Virus record (IMG/VR): IMGVR_UViG_3300036773_000125
Span: 1-45,277 of that record
Length of the DNA stretch: 45,277 nt
Strand: one strand, 5' to 3'
From: a virus
Lineage: Duplodnaviria; Caudoviricetes
Shown here piece after piece: positions 17,325 to 25,264 of this stretch. Position 1 is the first letter of the stretch. Each line of letters begins with the position of its first letter. Made by a program: the position numbers and the translations under genes. The notes beneath the pieces were generated by a model. It had not been told where the DNA came from and did no database searches. It saw nothing but the letters and a program-made list of their open reading frames with translations.

Positions 17325-18031
17325 CAGGCCTCGAACCGGCATGGGTCCGGGAACCGCTCGCGGATATAGCCGCCGATGGCACCGCGGAGAAAGCTGATGT
17401 CCGATGTGGACAGGAACGTCGCCTCGCGCACCCACGCCGGCAGCTCGCCGTACGTCGAATAGATCTTGATGTCGTGGGCATAGGTCTCGCCACCGAGACC
17501 ATGCACGTTGCCGTAGATCGACGCGTGCTGGACCCAATAGTCCGGGTGGTTGTGTGCATCCATCGCGGCCAGCATCGGCGCCTTGTGCGTCACGAGCGGC
17601 GTGTGCAGCGCGTAGCTCACCGGCTTCGGATAGCCGAGGTGCCGCAGGATCTCGCGCGTCGCGATCATCGAGCGGTGGTACGTGGTGCCGAGCCGGCGCA
17701 TACCTTCGCGCTCTATCACGTCATCCATGAGGCCCCAGTTCGTGACCGGCACGTCCGGCAGTGGCTTCATCACGAAGAAGTCATCGTTCATGAACGCGAA
17801 CGGGTCGCTCAGCTCGGGGTGCGTCAGCGCGGCGCGCTGGTTGCGCAGGCTGTTCTGGTGCTTCTGGCTGGACAGCTGCTTAATGTCGATGTGCTCGACG
17901 CCGGTGACCCACGACGGCTTGTAGCCCGTGATCCACACCGTGGCGCCGGGCAGGTTCGCAGCCACCGACCGCAGGCTGTAGCGCAGCTCGTCGTTGCGCT
18001 CCTCGGCCTTGAGCACGTAGCAGAGGTCCAT
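17324..18031 (-). CDS. Stealth-family hexose-1-phosphate transferase-like protein (235 aa)
   Basis: ATG at 18031 with RBS GGAGGTG. DLCYV (CR1-like), DELRYSLRSV...PSW...ELSDPFAFMNDDFF (CR2), HTP (CR3-like), FLSTSD...FPDPCRFE (CR4-like). Confidence 0.78.
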   Translation of the reverse strand: MDLCYVLKAEERNDELRYSLRSVAANLPGATVWITGYKPSWVTGVEHIDIKQLSSQKHQNSLRNQRAALTHPELSDPFAFMNDDFFVMKPLPDVPVTNWGLMDDVIEREGMRRLGTTYHRSMIATREILRHLGYPKPVSYALHTPLVTHKAPMLAAMDAHNHPDYWVQHASIYGNVHGLGGETYAHDIKIYSTYGELPAWVREATFLSTSDISFLRGAIGGYIRERFPDPCRFEA

Positions 18032-18162
18032 GCTCACCTCCGGCTGAAAAGGGGCGGAGCGGCGCGTCCGAGATCGGCGTAGCCCTGCTGTCAGGATCTG
18101 GTGCCAGCTCCGCCCCTGATTCGTCACGGTACGCATTCCGTGATCGTCCTCGCAACCAAGTG

Positions 18163-18681
18163 TCACCCTCGTTCCATCAACGCCAGCACGTCGGCGAGCC
18201 GGTAGCGACCGCCGATCGCCTCGATCCGCTTGCGGCTCGCCCACTGCCGGATGCGCGCCGAGGTGATCGAGATACCGAACGTCGGCGCGCGGTGCTCGAT
18301 CTCGGCCGCGGTGAGCAGCAGCTCACGGGCGGTCGCCAATGCCTCGCGGCGGTTCTGGCTGATGTCGATGATGGCCGGGCAGCCGTGCGGGCAGATCATC
18401 GTCGTCTCGTCGGCGTACGCGCTCACCGGCAGCTTGCAGTTCCAGCACTCGCCACCGGGCATCTTGTGGCGGCCGTCGATGAACCGCTCGGCCAGCTCGC
18501 GCAGGTCGCTGTCCCACGGCGCGGCGGCCAGCCGGTCGTGCAGCTCCAGCGCGCCCAGGTCGATCGGCGGCTTGCTGGCAAACCCGCTGCCGCCCCCGCC
18601 GGCGGACCGGCCGCGCGTCCCCTGGCGGGCAGCCAACTGAGACAGCTCGGCCAGCAGCTCATCGATCTCCGGCGGCCTCAT
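18163..18681 (-). CDS. Zn-finger/HTH DNA-binding protein, possible late-gene regulator
   Basis: CWNC...CPHGC followed by the HTH-like LTAAEI...ITSARIRQWASRKRI...YRLADVL. Confidence 0.65.
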   Translation of the reverse strand: MRPPEIDELLAELSQLAARQGTRGRSAGGGGSGFASKPPIDLGALELHDRLAAAPWDSDLRELAERFIDGRHKMPGGECWNCKLPVSAYADETTMICPHGCPAIIDISQNRREALATARELLLTAAEIEHRAPTFGISITSARIRQWASRKRIEAIGGRYRLADVLALMERG

Positions 18682-19181
18682 GCGTCGGCGAACGGGTTGT
18701 TGGGCTGTCCGAAGCCGCGGACGTGCAGCAGTGCCACCAGGTCGCGCACCAGGATCGAGGTCGCCGCGTACGGCAACGGCACCCACCGCTCGTCGCCGGT
18801 GACCAGCGCGGCCAGCTGGCCCACGCCGCTCCAAGCCCGCCACTCGCCGATCGGCCGCCGGTGCACGCGCTCGACCAGGAAGCCATACCGCGCGGCCTCC
18901 CCCTCGCGCATCACGCTGACCGCGGCGAGCATGGATGCCGTTTCCACGGGGGTGAGAGCCACGCTGCGGCTCTTGACGTCCCAGACGAGGTCAGGACACC
19001 CGACGATGTCCCCCGGGTCCGTCTGGCCGCGCTGAGCGGCTTTCCAGCCGGTCACCACTGCCCGGTCAGCGTCGGGCCACCCGTGCTCGCGCAACCAGGC
19101 CGCGAACTGCCGCTCGTACGACTTGCCCCGGCTGCTGGCCGACCGGCCGCGTGCTGCCCGGACCGGGTCTACCGCGGTCAC
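18678..19181 (-). CDS. Holliday junction resolvase (Hjc-like PD-(D/E)XK)
   Basis: SRGKSYERQFAAWL...DPGDI...VWDVKS; GTG at 19181 coupled to the upstream stop. Confidence 0.8.
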   Translation of the reverse strand: MTAVDPVRAARGRSASSRGKSYERQFAAWLREHGWPDADRAVVTGWKAAQRGQTDPGDIVGCPDLVWDVKSRSVALTPVETASMLAAVSVMREGEAARYGFLVERVHRRPIGEWRAWSGVGQLAALVTGDERWVPLPYAATSILVRDLVALLHVRGFGQPNNPFADA

Positions 19182-19393
19182 TGAGGGCCCCACAAGATCG
19201 TCAAGTCTTCGATCGGGAACCAACGGGCCCGCGGACCGGCGGCACTGCCGAGGCGCCCGTCCGTGACGCACAGGACCGTCGTGTCCGGCGCGCTGCCCTC
19301 GGTGTGCAGGCTCCACGCCACGACGAGCAGAGCGCTTGCCTGTGGATCGTGAGCGAGCCGCGCTCGAACGAACCGGGCCTCAGGGATGATCAT
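19178..19393 (-). CDS. Hypothetical protein (71 aa)
   Basis: ORF coupled to the resolvase start. Confidence 0.5.
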   Translation of the reverse strand: MIIPEARFVRARLAHDPQASALLVVAWSLHTEGSAPDTTVLCVTDGRLGSAAGPRARWFPIEDLTILWGPQ

Positions 19394-19443
19394 CTTCTAC
19401 TCGCTTCCGGGTTCGAATAAAAACATGAATGGCGTTCAAAAAT

Positions 19444-19692
19444 CGAGGGTCCGCAAATCGAGGGTCCCCTATACACCCCGGACCCTCGGGACCCTCGGAG
19501 CGCTGACGCTCTCTCCGAAGGCACCCGTTTGTGGGTAAATGAGTCGAGGGTCCATGATCTTGGGACCCTCGATTTCCGCAGGTCAGTGGGGGTCCATCCT
19601 GTCGAGGGTCCGCGAGGGTCCGGATGATCATGGGACCCTCGAAAACGAGAGGTCAAATCGAGGGTCCCATGATCATCCGCGCGGGACCCTCG
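19444..19692. repeat. Iteron array (CGAGGGTCC x11, both orientations); putative replication origin
   Basis: Forward copies start at 19444, 19459, 19545, 19603, 19613 and 19659; reverse copies at 19480, 19489, 19563, 19633 and 19684. An AT-richer flank sits at about 19415-19443, immediately downstream of the primase-helicase. Confidence 0.8.
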
Positions 19693-19712
19693 ATTCTGGT
19701 CACGGAACGCAT

Positions 19713-22031
19713 TCATACTGTCTCCCACGGTAATTCTTTGCCCGCTCCGAGAAGCCGCTGGTTTTCCGTGGCCCCATCCTCGGTGAGCTGAAACTGGTAC
19801 ATGACCCGTCCGCCGGACTTCAGCCCACTGTCCGTCGACAGCACGAGCCCCCGATGCACGGCCTGATCGAGCGCCGCGCGGGCATCCGTCGTCGCGCGCC
19901 CCTTCGCGAGCCCCATGTTCTCGAACAGCGCCGCTTGGATGATGGGCGTCTGCCGGTCAGCCTCAGCGTCCGCGAGAGCCCGCAGCACGCGGTTGCGGAG
20001 CTCCTGGAGCCTGTCGGTCGCCGGCGAGCTGCTGCGCGCCTCAGGCGCCCGCACGACGGCTTCGTAGTGCATGCGGGTGTCGGCCTTGGCCACGTCGTCC
20101 GACCACACCGCGCGGGTGAGCGCGTAGCTGCCGCTCGTCTGCCCCTTGACGTCGACGGTCAGCTCGGCCGTGGTGCGCCCGGTCGGGTCGACGTTGTACG
20201 CCTGCGCGTCCTTGTGATCGCCCACGCCGACGTTGATCAGGACCCGGCCCCACTCCTGCAAGCCGGCCCCGGACCAGCGTCCGAAGCCGCTGCCCTCGCC
20301 TGCCTTGTTCCAGTGGGTGGTGATCAGGATGGCGGAGTCCAGCTCGGCCGCCACGCCTTGCAGGTTGCGCAGCACGGCGCCGGTGCGGCTGAGCGTCTTG
20401 CCGTCCGCCTCCTCGCCGGCCGAGAGGTACCACGGGTCGATGACGATGAGGTCCGGCCCGAACGCCTCCAGGTCGCTGTACAGCCGGTTGACCGCGGCCG
20501 GGTCCGAGAGCATCGAGCTGCCGTCCTGCACCATCAGCCCGTCCAGCACGCTATCGGTCAGCTCGACGTCCTTGTGTCGCGCCACAGCCTCCAGCCGGGT
20601 GAAGTACTCCCGCATGTCCCCCTCGCTGTGCATGACCGCCACGCGGCCTCTGGTGGTGTCGACGGCCCCCAGCCACGGTGTGCCGGTGAGGAGGCTGACG
20701 GTCAGGTCCGCCACCAGCCACGTCTTGCCCGCCTTGTACTCGGCCCCGAGCGCGGCGTAGCTGCCCTTGTGCAGCACCCGGTTGATCAGGAACTCGCGCG
20801 GCTTCTCGCGAGCGATCTTGTACAGCTCGGCGGCCGTGCTGAACCCGCGGCTCGCCACCTTGGCCGCGTACGGGAACCGCTCCTCTTCCAGTAGCTGCTG
20901 TGCCGCGTGCGCCGCCTTGGCTCGCAAGTAGGCGTCGCGCACGAGCGGCGGCGAGTTCTTGATCCGCTCGCGTAACTCCTGGTCAATCGAGGGTCCGTGA
21001 GGGTCCGAAGATCCACTGGACCCCCACTCAGCAGCAGCAGCAGCCGCCGCCCCCTCGTCGGCTTTTCCCGGCACCGACCCCCAGCTGTCGGCGAGCGCGC
21101 CAGTGTCGGCCATCTCGGTGTAGGGGTGCTTCAGCCCGCCACGCAGGCCGGTGCTGGAGCGGATCGTCTTCATGTCGTTGCCGTCGGGCGGGTCGGTCAC
21201 CGGGCTGTCGGTGAGCGCGTCCACCACGTACTGCACGGCGGCTTCCAGCGAGCAGTCCACCGGCTCACCGACCGCGTCCCAGGTGGCGAACAGGCGGCCG
21301 ACCTGGAAGCAGTAGCGGTTCAGCGCGTCGTTGAAGCCACCGCCCATCGACTCTTCCAAGATCGCGAGGTGCTGGTCGACCCTGGCCTGGATCTGCTCGA
21401 CCGCTGTGCCGGTCACCTCGCCGAACGCGTCCGGCACCCGGCTGGCCGCGCGGTCGCGCTTGAGCCGGTCGTTCTCCGCCTTCAGCTCCAGCAGCAGCGC
21501 GGCGGGCACCGGCGGCAGCTCGTCGGGACGCAGCCAGTCGCCATCGCGTTCGTAGACACCGCCACCGGCGACGGACGTGCCCGGCCCGTAGACCAGGCCG
21601 CCGATGCCACGCACGTCGATGCCGAGCTCGCCGAAGCTGGCGATGGGGATCGGCGCGGCCGGGTCGGCGCGGAAGAACAGGTGCTGCCCGCCGGCCTGCG
21701 TGTCGACGGTCAGCGGGCTCTCGGGGTAGCCGCGCTCCTCCCACAGTGCGAGGCCGTTGGTGGTGCCAGACACGTCCAGGTCGACCGCCACGATGCCACT
21801 GGCGCCGCAGTCGATGCCGTAGCCCTGTTGGCGGTCGATCCAGCGGAGCACGCCCGGGTCGGTGGTGCTGGCGGCCTGCCAGCTCGGGGGGAACTGCGCG
21901 ATCTTGGTGGGTTTGCCGGTACGCGGGTGGACCTCAAGGGACAGGGCGACGTTGAACACGGCATAGCCGTGCTGCTGGGCCTGCTCTGCCTCGATGGCCG
22001 CTGCGTGGCGCCCGGCTTCCGCGGCCGTCAC
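19713..22031 (-). CDS. Bifunctional primase/polymerase fused to AAA (RepA-like) helicase
   Basis: N-terminal GIVAVDLD...TQAGGQHLFF...IDVRGIGGLVYGPG (Prim-Pol); Walker A GAEYKAGKT, Walker B LIVIDP, THWNK. Confidence 0.9.
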   Translation of the reverse strand: MTAAEAGRHAAAIEAEQAQQHGYAVFNVALSLEVHPRTGKPTKIAQFPPSWQAASTTDPGVLRWIDRQQGYGIDCGASGIVAVDLDVSGTTNGLALWEERGYPESPLTVDTQAGGQHLFFRADPAAPIPIASFGELGIDVRGIGGLVYGPGTSVAGGGVYERDGDWLRPDELPPVPAALLLELKAENDRLKRDRAASRVPDAFGEVTGTAVEQIQARVDQHLAILEESMGGGFNDALNRYCFQVGRLFATWDAVGEPVDCSLEAAVQYVVDALTDSPVTDPPDGNDMKTIRSSTGLRGGLKHPYTEMADTGALADSWGSVPGKADEGAAAAAAAEWGSSGSSDPHGPSIDQELRERIKNSPPLVRDAYLRAKAAHAAQQLLEEERFPYAAKVASRGFSTAAELYKIAREKPREFLINRVLHKGSYAALGAEYKAGKTWLVADLTVSLLTGTPWLGAVDTTRGRVAVMHSEGDMREYFTRLEAVARHKDVELTDSVLDGLMVQDGSSMLSDPAAVNRLYSDLEAFGPDLIVIDPWYLSAGEEADGKTLSRTGAVLRNLQGVAAELDSAILITTHWNKAGEGSGFGRWSGAGLQEWGRVLINVGVGDHKDAQAYNVDPTGRTTAELTVDVKGQTSGSYALTRAVWSDDVAKADTRMHYEAVVRAPEARSSSPATDRLQELRNRVLRALADAEADRQTPIIQAALFENMGLAKGRATTDARAALDQAVHRGLVLSTDSGLKSGGRVMYQFQLTEDGATENQRLLGAGKELPWETV

Positions 22032-22213
22032 TCCCCCGTCCGCTCAGCTGCCAGCGCGTCCAGGTCGGCGACGGCATAGCGGCGCAGGCCACCGGGCAGC
22101 TCGCGCGGGGTGATCCGCCCGGCGTCCGTCCACGCCTTCAGCGTCCAGCGGGAGACGGACAGGTACCGCGCGGCAGCCAGCTGCGTGAGGTACTGGGGTT
22201 CGAGGTCGGTCAT
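22028..22213 (-). CDS. HTH DNA-binding protein (excisionase/MerR-like HTH_17)
   Basis: YLTQLAAARYLSVSRWTLKAW...PGGLRRY. Confidence 0.8.
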   Translation of the reverse strand: MTDLEPQYLTQLAAARYLSVSRWTLKAWTDAGRITPRELPGGLRRYAVADLDALAAERTGE

Positions 22214-22329
22214 CGGCGGCGCCTCCGGTCGGCGAGCAGCTGGGCGACGGCCACGCCGGCCGCGGTCAGCAGGGCCAGTCCCGCGAGGCCGCCGACGGCG
22301 CAGAGCAAGATCAGTTCAACGTCGGTCAT
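22210..22329 (-). CDS. Small membrane protein (39 aa)
   Basis: MTDVELILLCAVGGLAGLALLTAAGVAVAQLLADRRRRR; probably leaderless from a TTGCAG-N18-TAGGGT promoter. Confidence 0.55.
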   Translation of the reverse strand: MTDVELILLCAVGGLAGLALLTAAGVAVAQLLADRRRRR

Positions 22330-22400
22330 GGGGGTGACCCTACACGGTGATCGAGTGGTGCTGCAAGTGGCTGGGCGTAGAATCCCGTGGGAGCAGACCC

Positions 22401-22429
22401 TTGACACTTGTGGACACGGCAGGTAGAGT
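22401..22429 (+). promoter_or_regulatory. SigA-like early promoter TTGACA-N17-TAGAGT
   Basis: Near-consensus promoter in the divergent intergenic region. Confidence 0.8.
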
Positions 22430-22466
22430 TCCTTCTATCAGCACAGCAGCCACCACGGAGGACCAG

Positions 22467-22634
22467 ATGGCCGAGCAGCACCCGCTCACCAAGCTCCCCA
22501 CCGCCGAGATCCGCGAGCACGTCCAGGGTTACGAGCAGAAGATCGCCTACAACGAGGCGCGCGGCACCGACCAGTCGGACCGCCGGTTGGTGTTGGCGGC
22601 CCTGCTCACCGAGCTGGCGGACCGCGAAGCCTGA
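22467..22634 (+). CDS. Hypothetical early protein (55 aa)
   Basis: ATG with RBS GGAGG. Confidence 0.7.
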   Translation: MAEQHPLTKLPTAEIREHVQGYEQKIAYNEARGTDQSDRRLVLAALLTELADREA

Positions 22635-22658
22635 GCCCCAGCGGGGGCGGCCGCCCCC

Positions 22659-22925
22659 GCAACGCTGTTATAAAACCCGAGGAGGCCGTAATGATCGAGG
22701 CCGCCACAGCCATCCGAATCGACCAGATCACCACCGACCGCGGTCGCGTCATCAGCATCGAGTGTCTGGACACCACCCCGGACACCTGTGACTCCTGCCG
22801 GACCGTGTGGCACGCGGAATCGCTCCGCTACCACGCTGAGCTGTACCTCTGCCCGCTCTGCGCCTGATCCACTCGGGAAGCCGGGCCCGGCACCTCTGCT
22901 GCGCAACACTGTTATAAAACGCGAG
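22659..22925 (+). repeat. Two 23-bp intergenic direct repeats GCAACRCTGTTATAAAACSCGAG (22659-22681, 22903-22925)
   Basis: 21/23 identical; each precedes a small gene and contains an extended -10-like TGtTATAAA. Confidence 0.75.
22691..22867 (+). CDS. Small zinc-finger protein (58 aa)
   Basis: Hand translation MIEAATAIRIDQ...CDSC...CPLCA; RBS GGAGG; below the ORF-track cutoff. Confidence 0.7.
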   Translation: MIEAATAIRIDQITTDRGRVISIECLDTTPDTCDSCRTVWHAESLRYHAELYLCPLCA

Positions 22926-22944
22926 TGCCCTGAGAGGACAGACG

Positions 22945-23211
22945 ATGACCGACCTCGAACGCGTGAACCGCGAGATCGCCAAGCTGCAAGAGAAGATCCA
23001 GCGGCGGCGCGAGCGCGGGCAGGACTGGTCCGACGACGACCGGTGGCTCGTCGACCTGATCATGCAGCGGAACGCCATGCTGGAGCGCGGCAAGGGGCTG
23101 ATGGACGTGCTCGCGGACATCGGCGCCACGTTCGACGCGCTGAACGCGGCACTCGCCGGGATGGCCGGTCGGCCGGCGCCGGAGAGCGAGCCGCGTCAGA
23201 TCGGCGCTTGA
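22945..23211 (+). CDS. Hypothetical coiled-coil protein (88 aa)
   Basis: ATG with RBS GAGGA. Confidence 0.7.
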   Translation: MTDLERVNREIAKLQEKIQRRRERGQDWSDDDRWLVDLIMQRNAMLERGKGLMDVLADIGATFDALNAALAGMAGRPAPESEPRQIGA

Positions 23212-23236
23212 CACTTGTAGACACAGCTGGCAGACT
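23208..23236 (+). promoter_or_regulatory. SigA-like promoter TTGACA-N17-CAGACT
   Basis: Shares TTGACACTTGTRGACAC with the 22401 promoter. Confidence 0.65.
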
Positions 23237-23277
23237 GCTGGTTGTGGGAACGCGCATCACCGACACAGGGAGAGGCA

Positions 23278-23424
23278 ATGGCGGAGAACGCGATCGAGCG
23301 GCAGGTTCGGCTGGCACGGGAGCAGGTGGCGAGGGCCCAGAAGGCCGAGCGGGACGCCAAGGCGCGCGACGCACGGCGGCAGGAAGACTTCGACAATGGC
23401 GACAACGGCGCGGCAAACCGGTGA
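23278..23424 (+). CDS. Hypothetical protein (48 aa)
   Basis: ATG with RBS GGAGAGG. Confidence 0.55.
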   Translation: MAENAIERQVRLAREQVARAQKAERDAKARDARRQEDFDNGDNGAANR

Positions 23425-23675
23425 GCGCAAGCGAGAGCGCCCAGACGCTGCACGCCATCGCACAGGGCATCCCGGTGGAGCAGAGCCAGCTCGTCTACCA
23501 CAGCTTCATGGACACCGCTGGCCGGATCGCTGCGGCACTGGGCGAAGAACACCAGCAGCTGGCCGCACTGACCAACCTTGCGAGCGCCTGCAACGACAAG
23601 GCCGAGGAACTGGCCGGGATGATCATTGCGTTGCAGGACCAGATCGAGGCCGCCGCGGTGCGGATGGTGCAGTAG
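23421..23675 (+). CDS. Hypothetical helical protein (84 aa)
   Basis: GTGA coupling; MSASESAQTLHAIAQG... Confidence 0.65.
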   Translation: MSASESAQTLHAIAQGIPVEQSQLVYHSFMDTAGRIAAALGEEHQQLAALTNLASACNDKAEELAGMIIALQDQIEAAAVRMVQ

Positions 23676-23762
23676 CTCCACAATGGACGAAACCCTTCCG
23701 CGAAGACGACAACGGAAGGGTCGGCGGCAGACAGCCGTCCTGACGAGTCCTCGGGAGAGAGC

Positions 23763-24302
23763 ATGAAGTTGACCAATCCGCAGCAGGCGGCGCTGGAGTC
23801 CATCGCCGATGGTGCCACCCCCACCAGCTCCCTGGTGATCAAGAACCTGCTCGCCAAGGGCTTGATCAAGCTGGGCACCGTGTCCGACTGGCAGCTCACC
23901 GACGTCGGCCGCGAGGCGCTGGGCCTGATGACGGTGGCCGAAGCCGCGTTCGCCGGGCTCACGGAGCACGATGACGCCACCGCGGTTGCGGCCGAGCTGC
24001 CCACTGCCGACGAGGATGCGTACACGGGGCAGGCCGCCGACGAACTGGATGGCTTGGTCAAGATCCTGTCAGGGCTGGCCGAGATCGAGCAGCCCGCTGC
24101 CGACCAGCGGTTCCGCGTAACGGACGACACGCCGGTGGTGAACCCCCAGCAGGGCGACTACGGGCTGGCGATGCTGAGCGGGCTGGGGTCCGGCAGCGGC
24201 AAGCACGTCTACGGCGGCACCGCCAACGACGGCAAGGTCAACAAGCGGCGCGCGAAGGCGCGCGTTGCCCGCAAGAGCAGGAAGGCGAACCGTCGTGGCT
24301 GA
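23763..24302 (+). CDS. Hypothetical protein with N-terminal winged-HTH-like region and basic C-terminal tail
   Basis: LTNPQQAAL...LLAKGLI...WQLTDVGREAL; tail KRRAKARVARKSRKANRRG. Confidence 0.65.
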   Translation: MKLTNPQQAALESIADGATPTSSLVIKNLLAKGLIKLGTVSDWQLTDVGREALGLMTVAEAAFAGLTEHDDATAVAAELPTADEDAYTGQAADELDGLVKILSGLAEIEQPAADQRFRVTDDTPVVNPQQGDYGLAMLSGLGSGSGKHVYGGTANDGKVNKRRAKARVARKSRKANRRG

Positions 24303-24666
24303 CGAGCAGATCAACATCGAGATCGTCCCGGCACTGATCGGCCCGGAGTACACCACGCAGTGCACGGTGGACGGCTGCGGCTGGCAGCTGCTCGACAGCG
24401 AGGTGCCCTTCGCGCGACCGCCGATCTCGCCCGACACCTCGCCGGACGACTTCATCCACGCGTCGATGGTCGCCCACGCCCGGGCCCGTGAGCACGTGCT
24501 GCGCGTCCACCTGGAGGGCCACAGCGTGGTGGAGTGGGCGCGGACCGTCCACCGCCTGAACGCCACGGTGGGCCGGGCGCGCGACGCCGTCGACGCGTAC
24601 GACAGCGGCACCTTGCCGGACAAGCTGACCGCGTTCGACCGGATCCGCACGGCGGTGCAGCGATGA
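24295..24666 (+). CDS. Hypothetical protein (123 aa)
   Basis: GTG at 24295; CTVDGCGW...HLEGH. Confidence 0.6.
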   Translation: MADEQINIEIVPALIGPEYTTQCTVDGCGWQLLDSEVPFARPPISPDTSPDDFIHASMVAHARAREHVLRVHLEGHSVVEWARTVHRLNATVGRARDAVDAYDSGTLPDKLTAFDRIRTAVQR

Positions 24667-24842
24667 GCGACGAGAAGCTGATCTTGGATCACAGTCTCGG
24701 CATCGAAGAGTTCATCGGCGAGGCCATCGGCGCCGCGTCGACGTGCTGGGAGAAGCCGGAGGGCGCAGGGGTGTTCAACAACCAACGGGCCTCGCAGATC
24801 GTCGAAGAGATCTTGGACCAGCTGGCGGTGTTGCTGCGATGA
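24663..24842 (+). CDS. Hypothetical protein (59 aa)
   Basis: ATGA coupling; AIGAASTCWE...GVF motif of a kind seen in small actinophage proteins. Confidence 0.65.
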   Translation: MSDEKLILDHSLGIEEFIGEAIGAASTCWEKPEGAGVFNNQRASQIVEEILDQLAVLLR

Positions 24843-25264
24843 GCGACGAGCGTGAGCGCCTGGTGGGCCTGCTGAAGCTCGGCCCGGGCGCCGGTTGGAT
24901 ATCGATCTTGGACGCCGTCCGCCAGCTGGTGATCGAACGCAACGCGCTGCGAGCCAGCGAGGCGTGCCTGGTGGCCGAGCGAGACGCGCTGCTGGCCAAG
25001 AGCCGCAAGCCGTGGGGTGACAGCAAGGCGGCCGACGCGGGCGCCCTGGAGAAGATGCAGGCGACCGCCGCCGCGCTGCCGACGCACGTGCTGGACCAGC
25101 TGATGGCCTCGCAGGCCGATCGGGTGGCGGAGATCGAGGCGCGCACCGGCGAGTCGCACGTGCTCGGCACCCGCTCGTCGGCGCTGCTGGAGCGCGCCCG
25201 GCTCGCACTGCGCGCGCTTGAGGACGAAGCAGAGCGCCGCCGGCGGACAGCAGGCGGGAAGTGA
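24839..25264 (+). CDS. Hypothetical protein (141 aa)
   Basis: ATGA coupling; helical. Confidence 0.6.
   Translation: MSDERERLVGLLKLGPGAGWISILDAVRQLVIERNALRASEACLVAERDALLAKSRKPWGDSKAADAGALEKMQATAAALPTHVLDQLMASQADRVAEIEARTGESHVLGTRSSALLERARLALRALEDEAERRRRTAGGK

Noticed and set aside
19444-19692. Repeat array as a CRISPR array
   Set aside because: The repeats are only 9 bp, occur in both orientations with irregular spacing, and no cas operon is present.
19380-19733. ORFs 19380..19631, 19390..19728 and 19539..19733
   Set aside because: Their translations simply reflect the iteron repeats (RGS/DPR/GPS), so the region is more plausibly non-coding.
22028-22213. Excisionase implying an integration module
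   Set aside because: No integrase or attP-like site is recognisable, and this HTH family is common as a general regulator.
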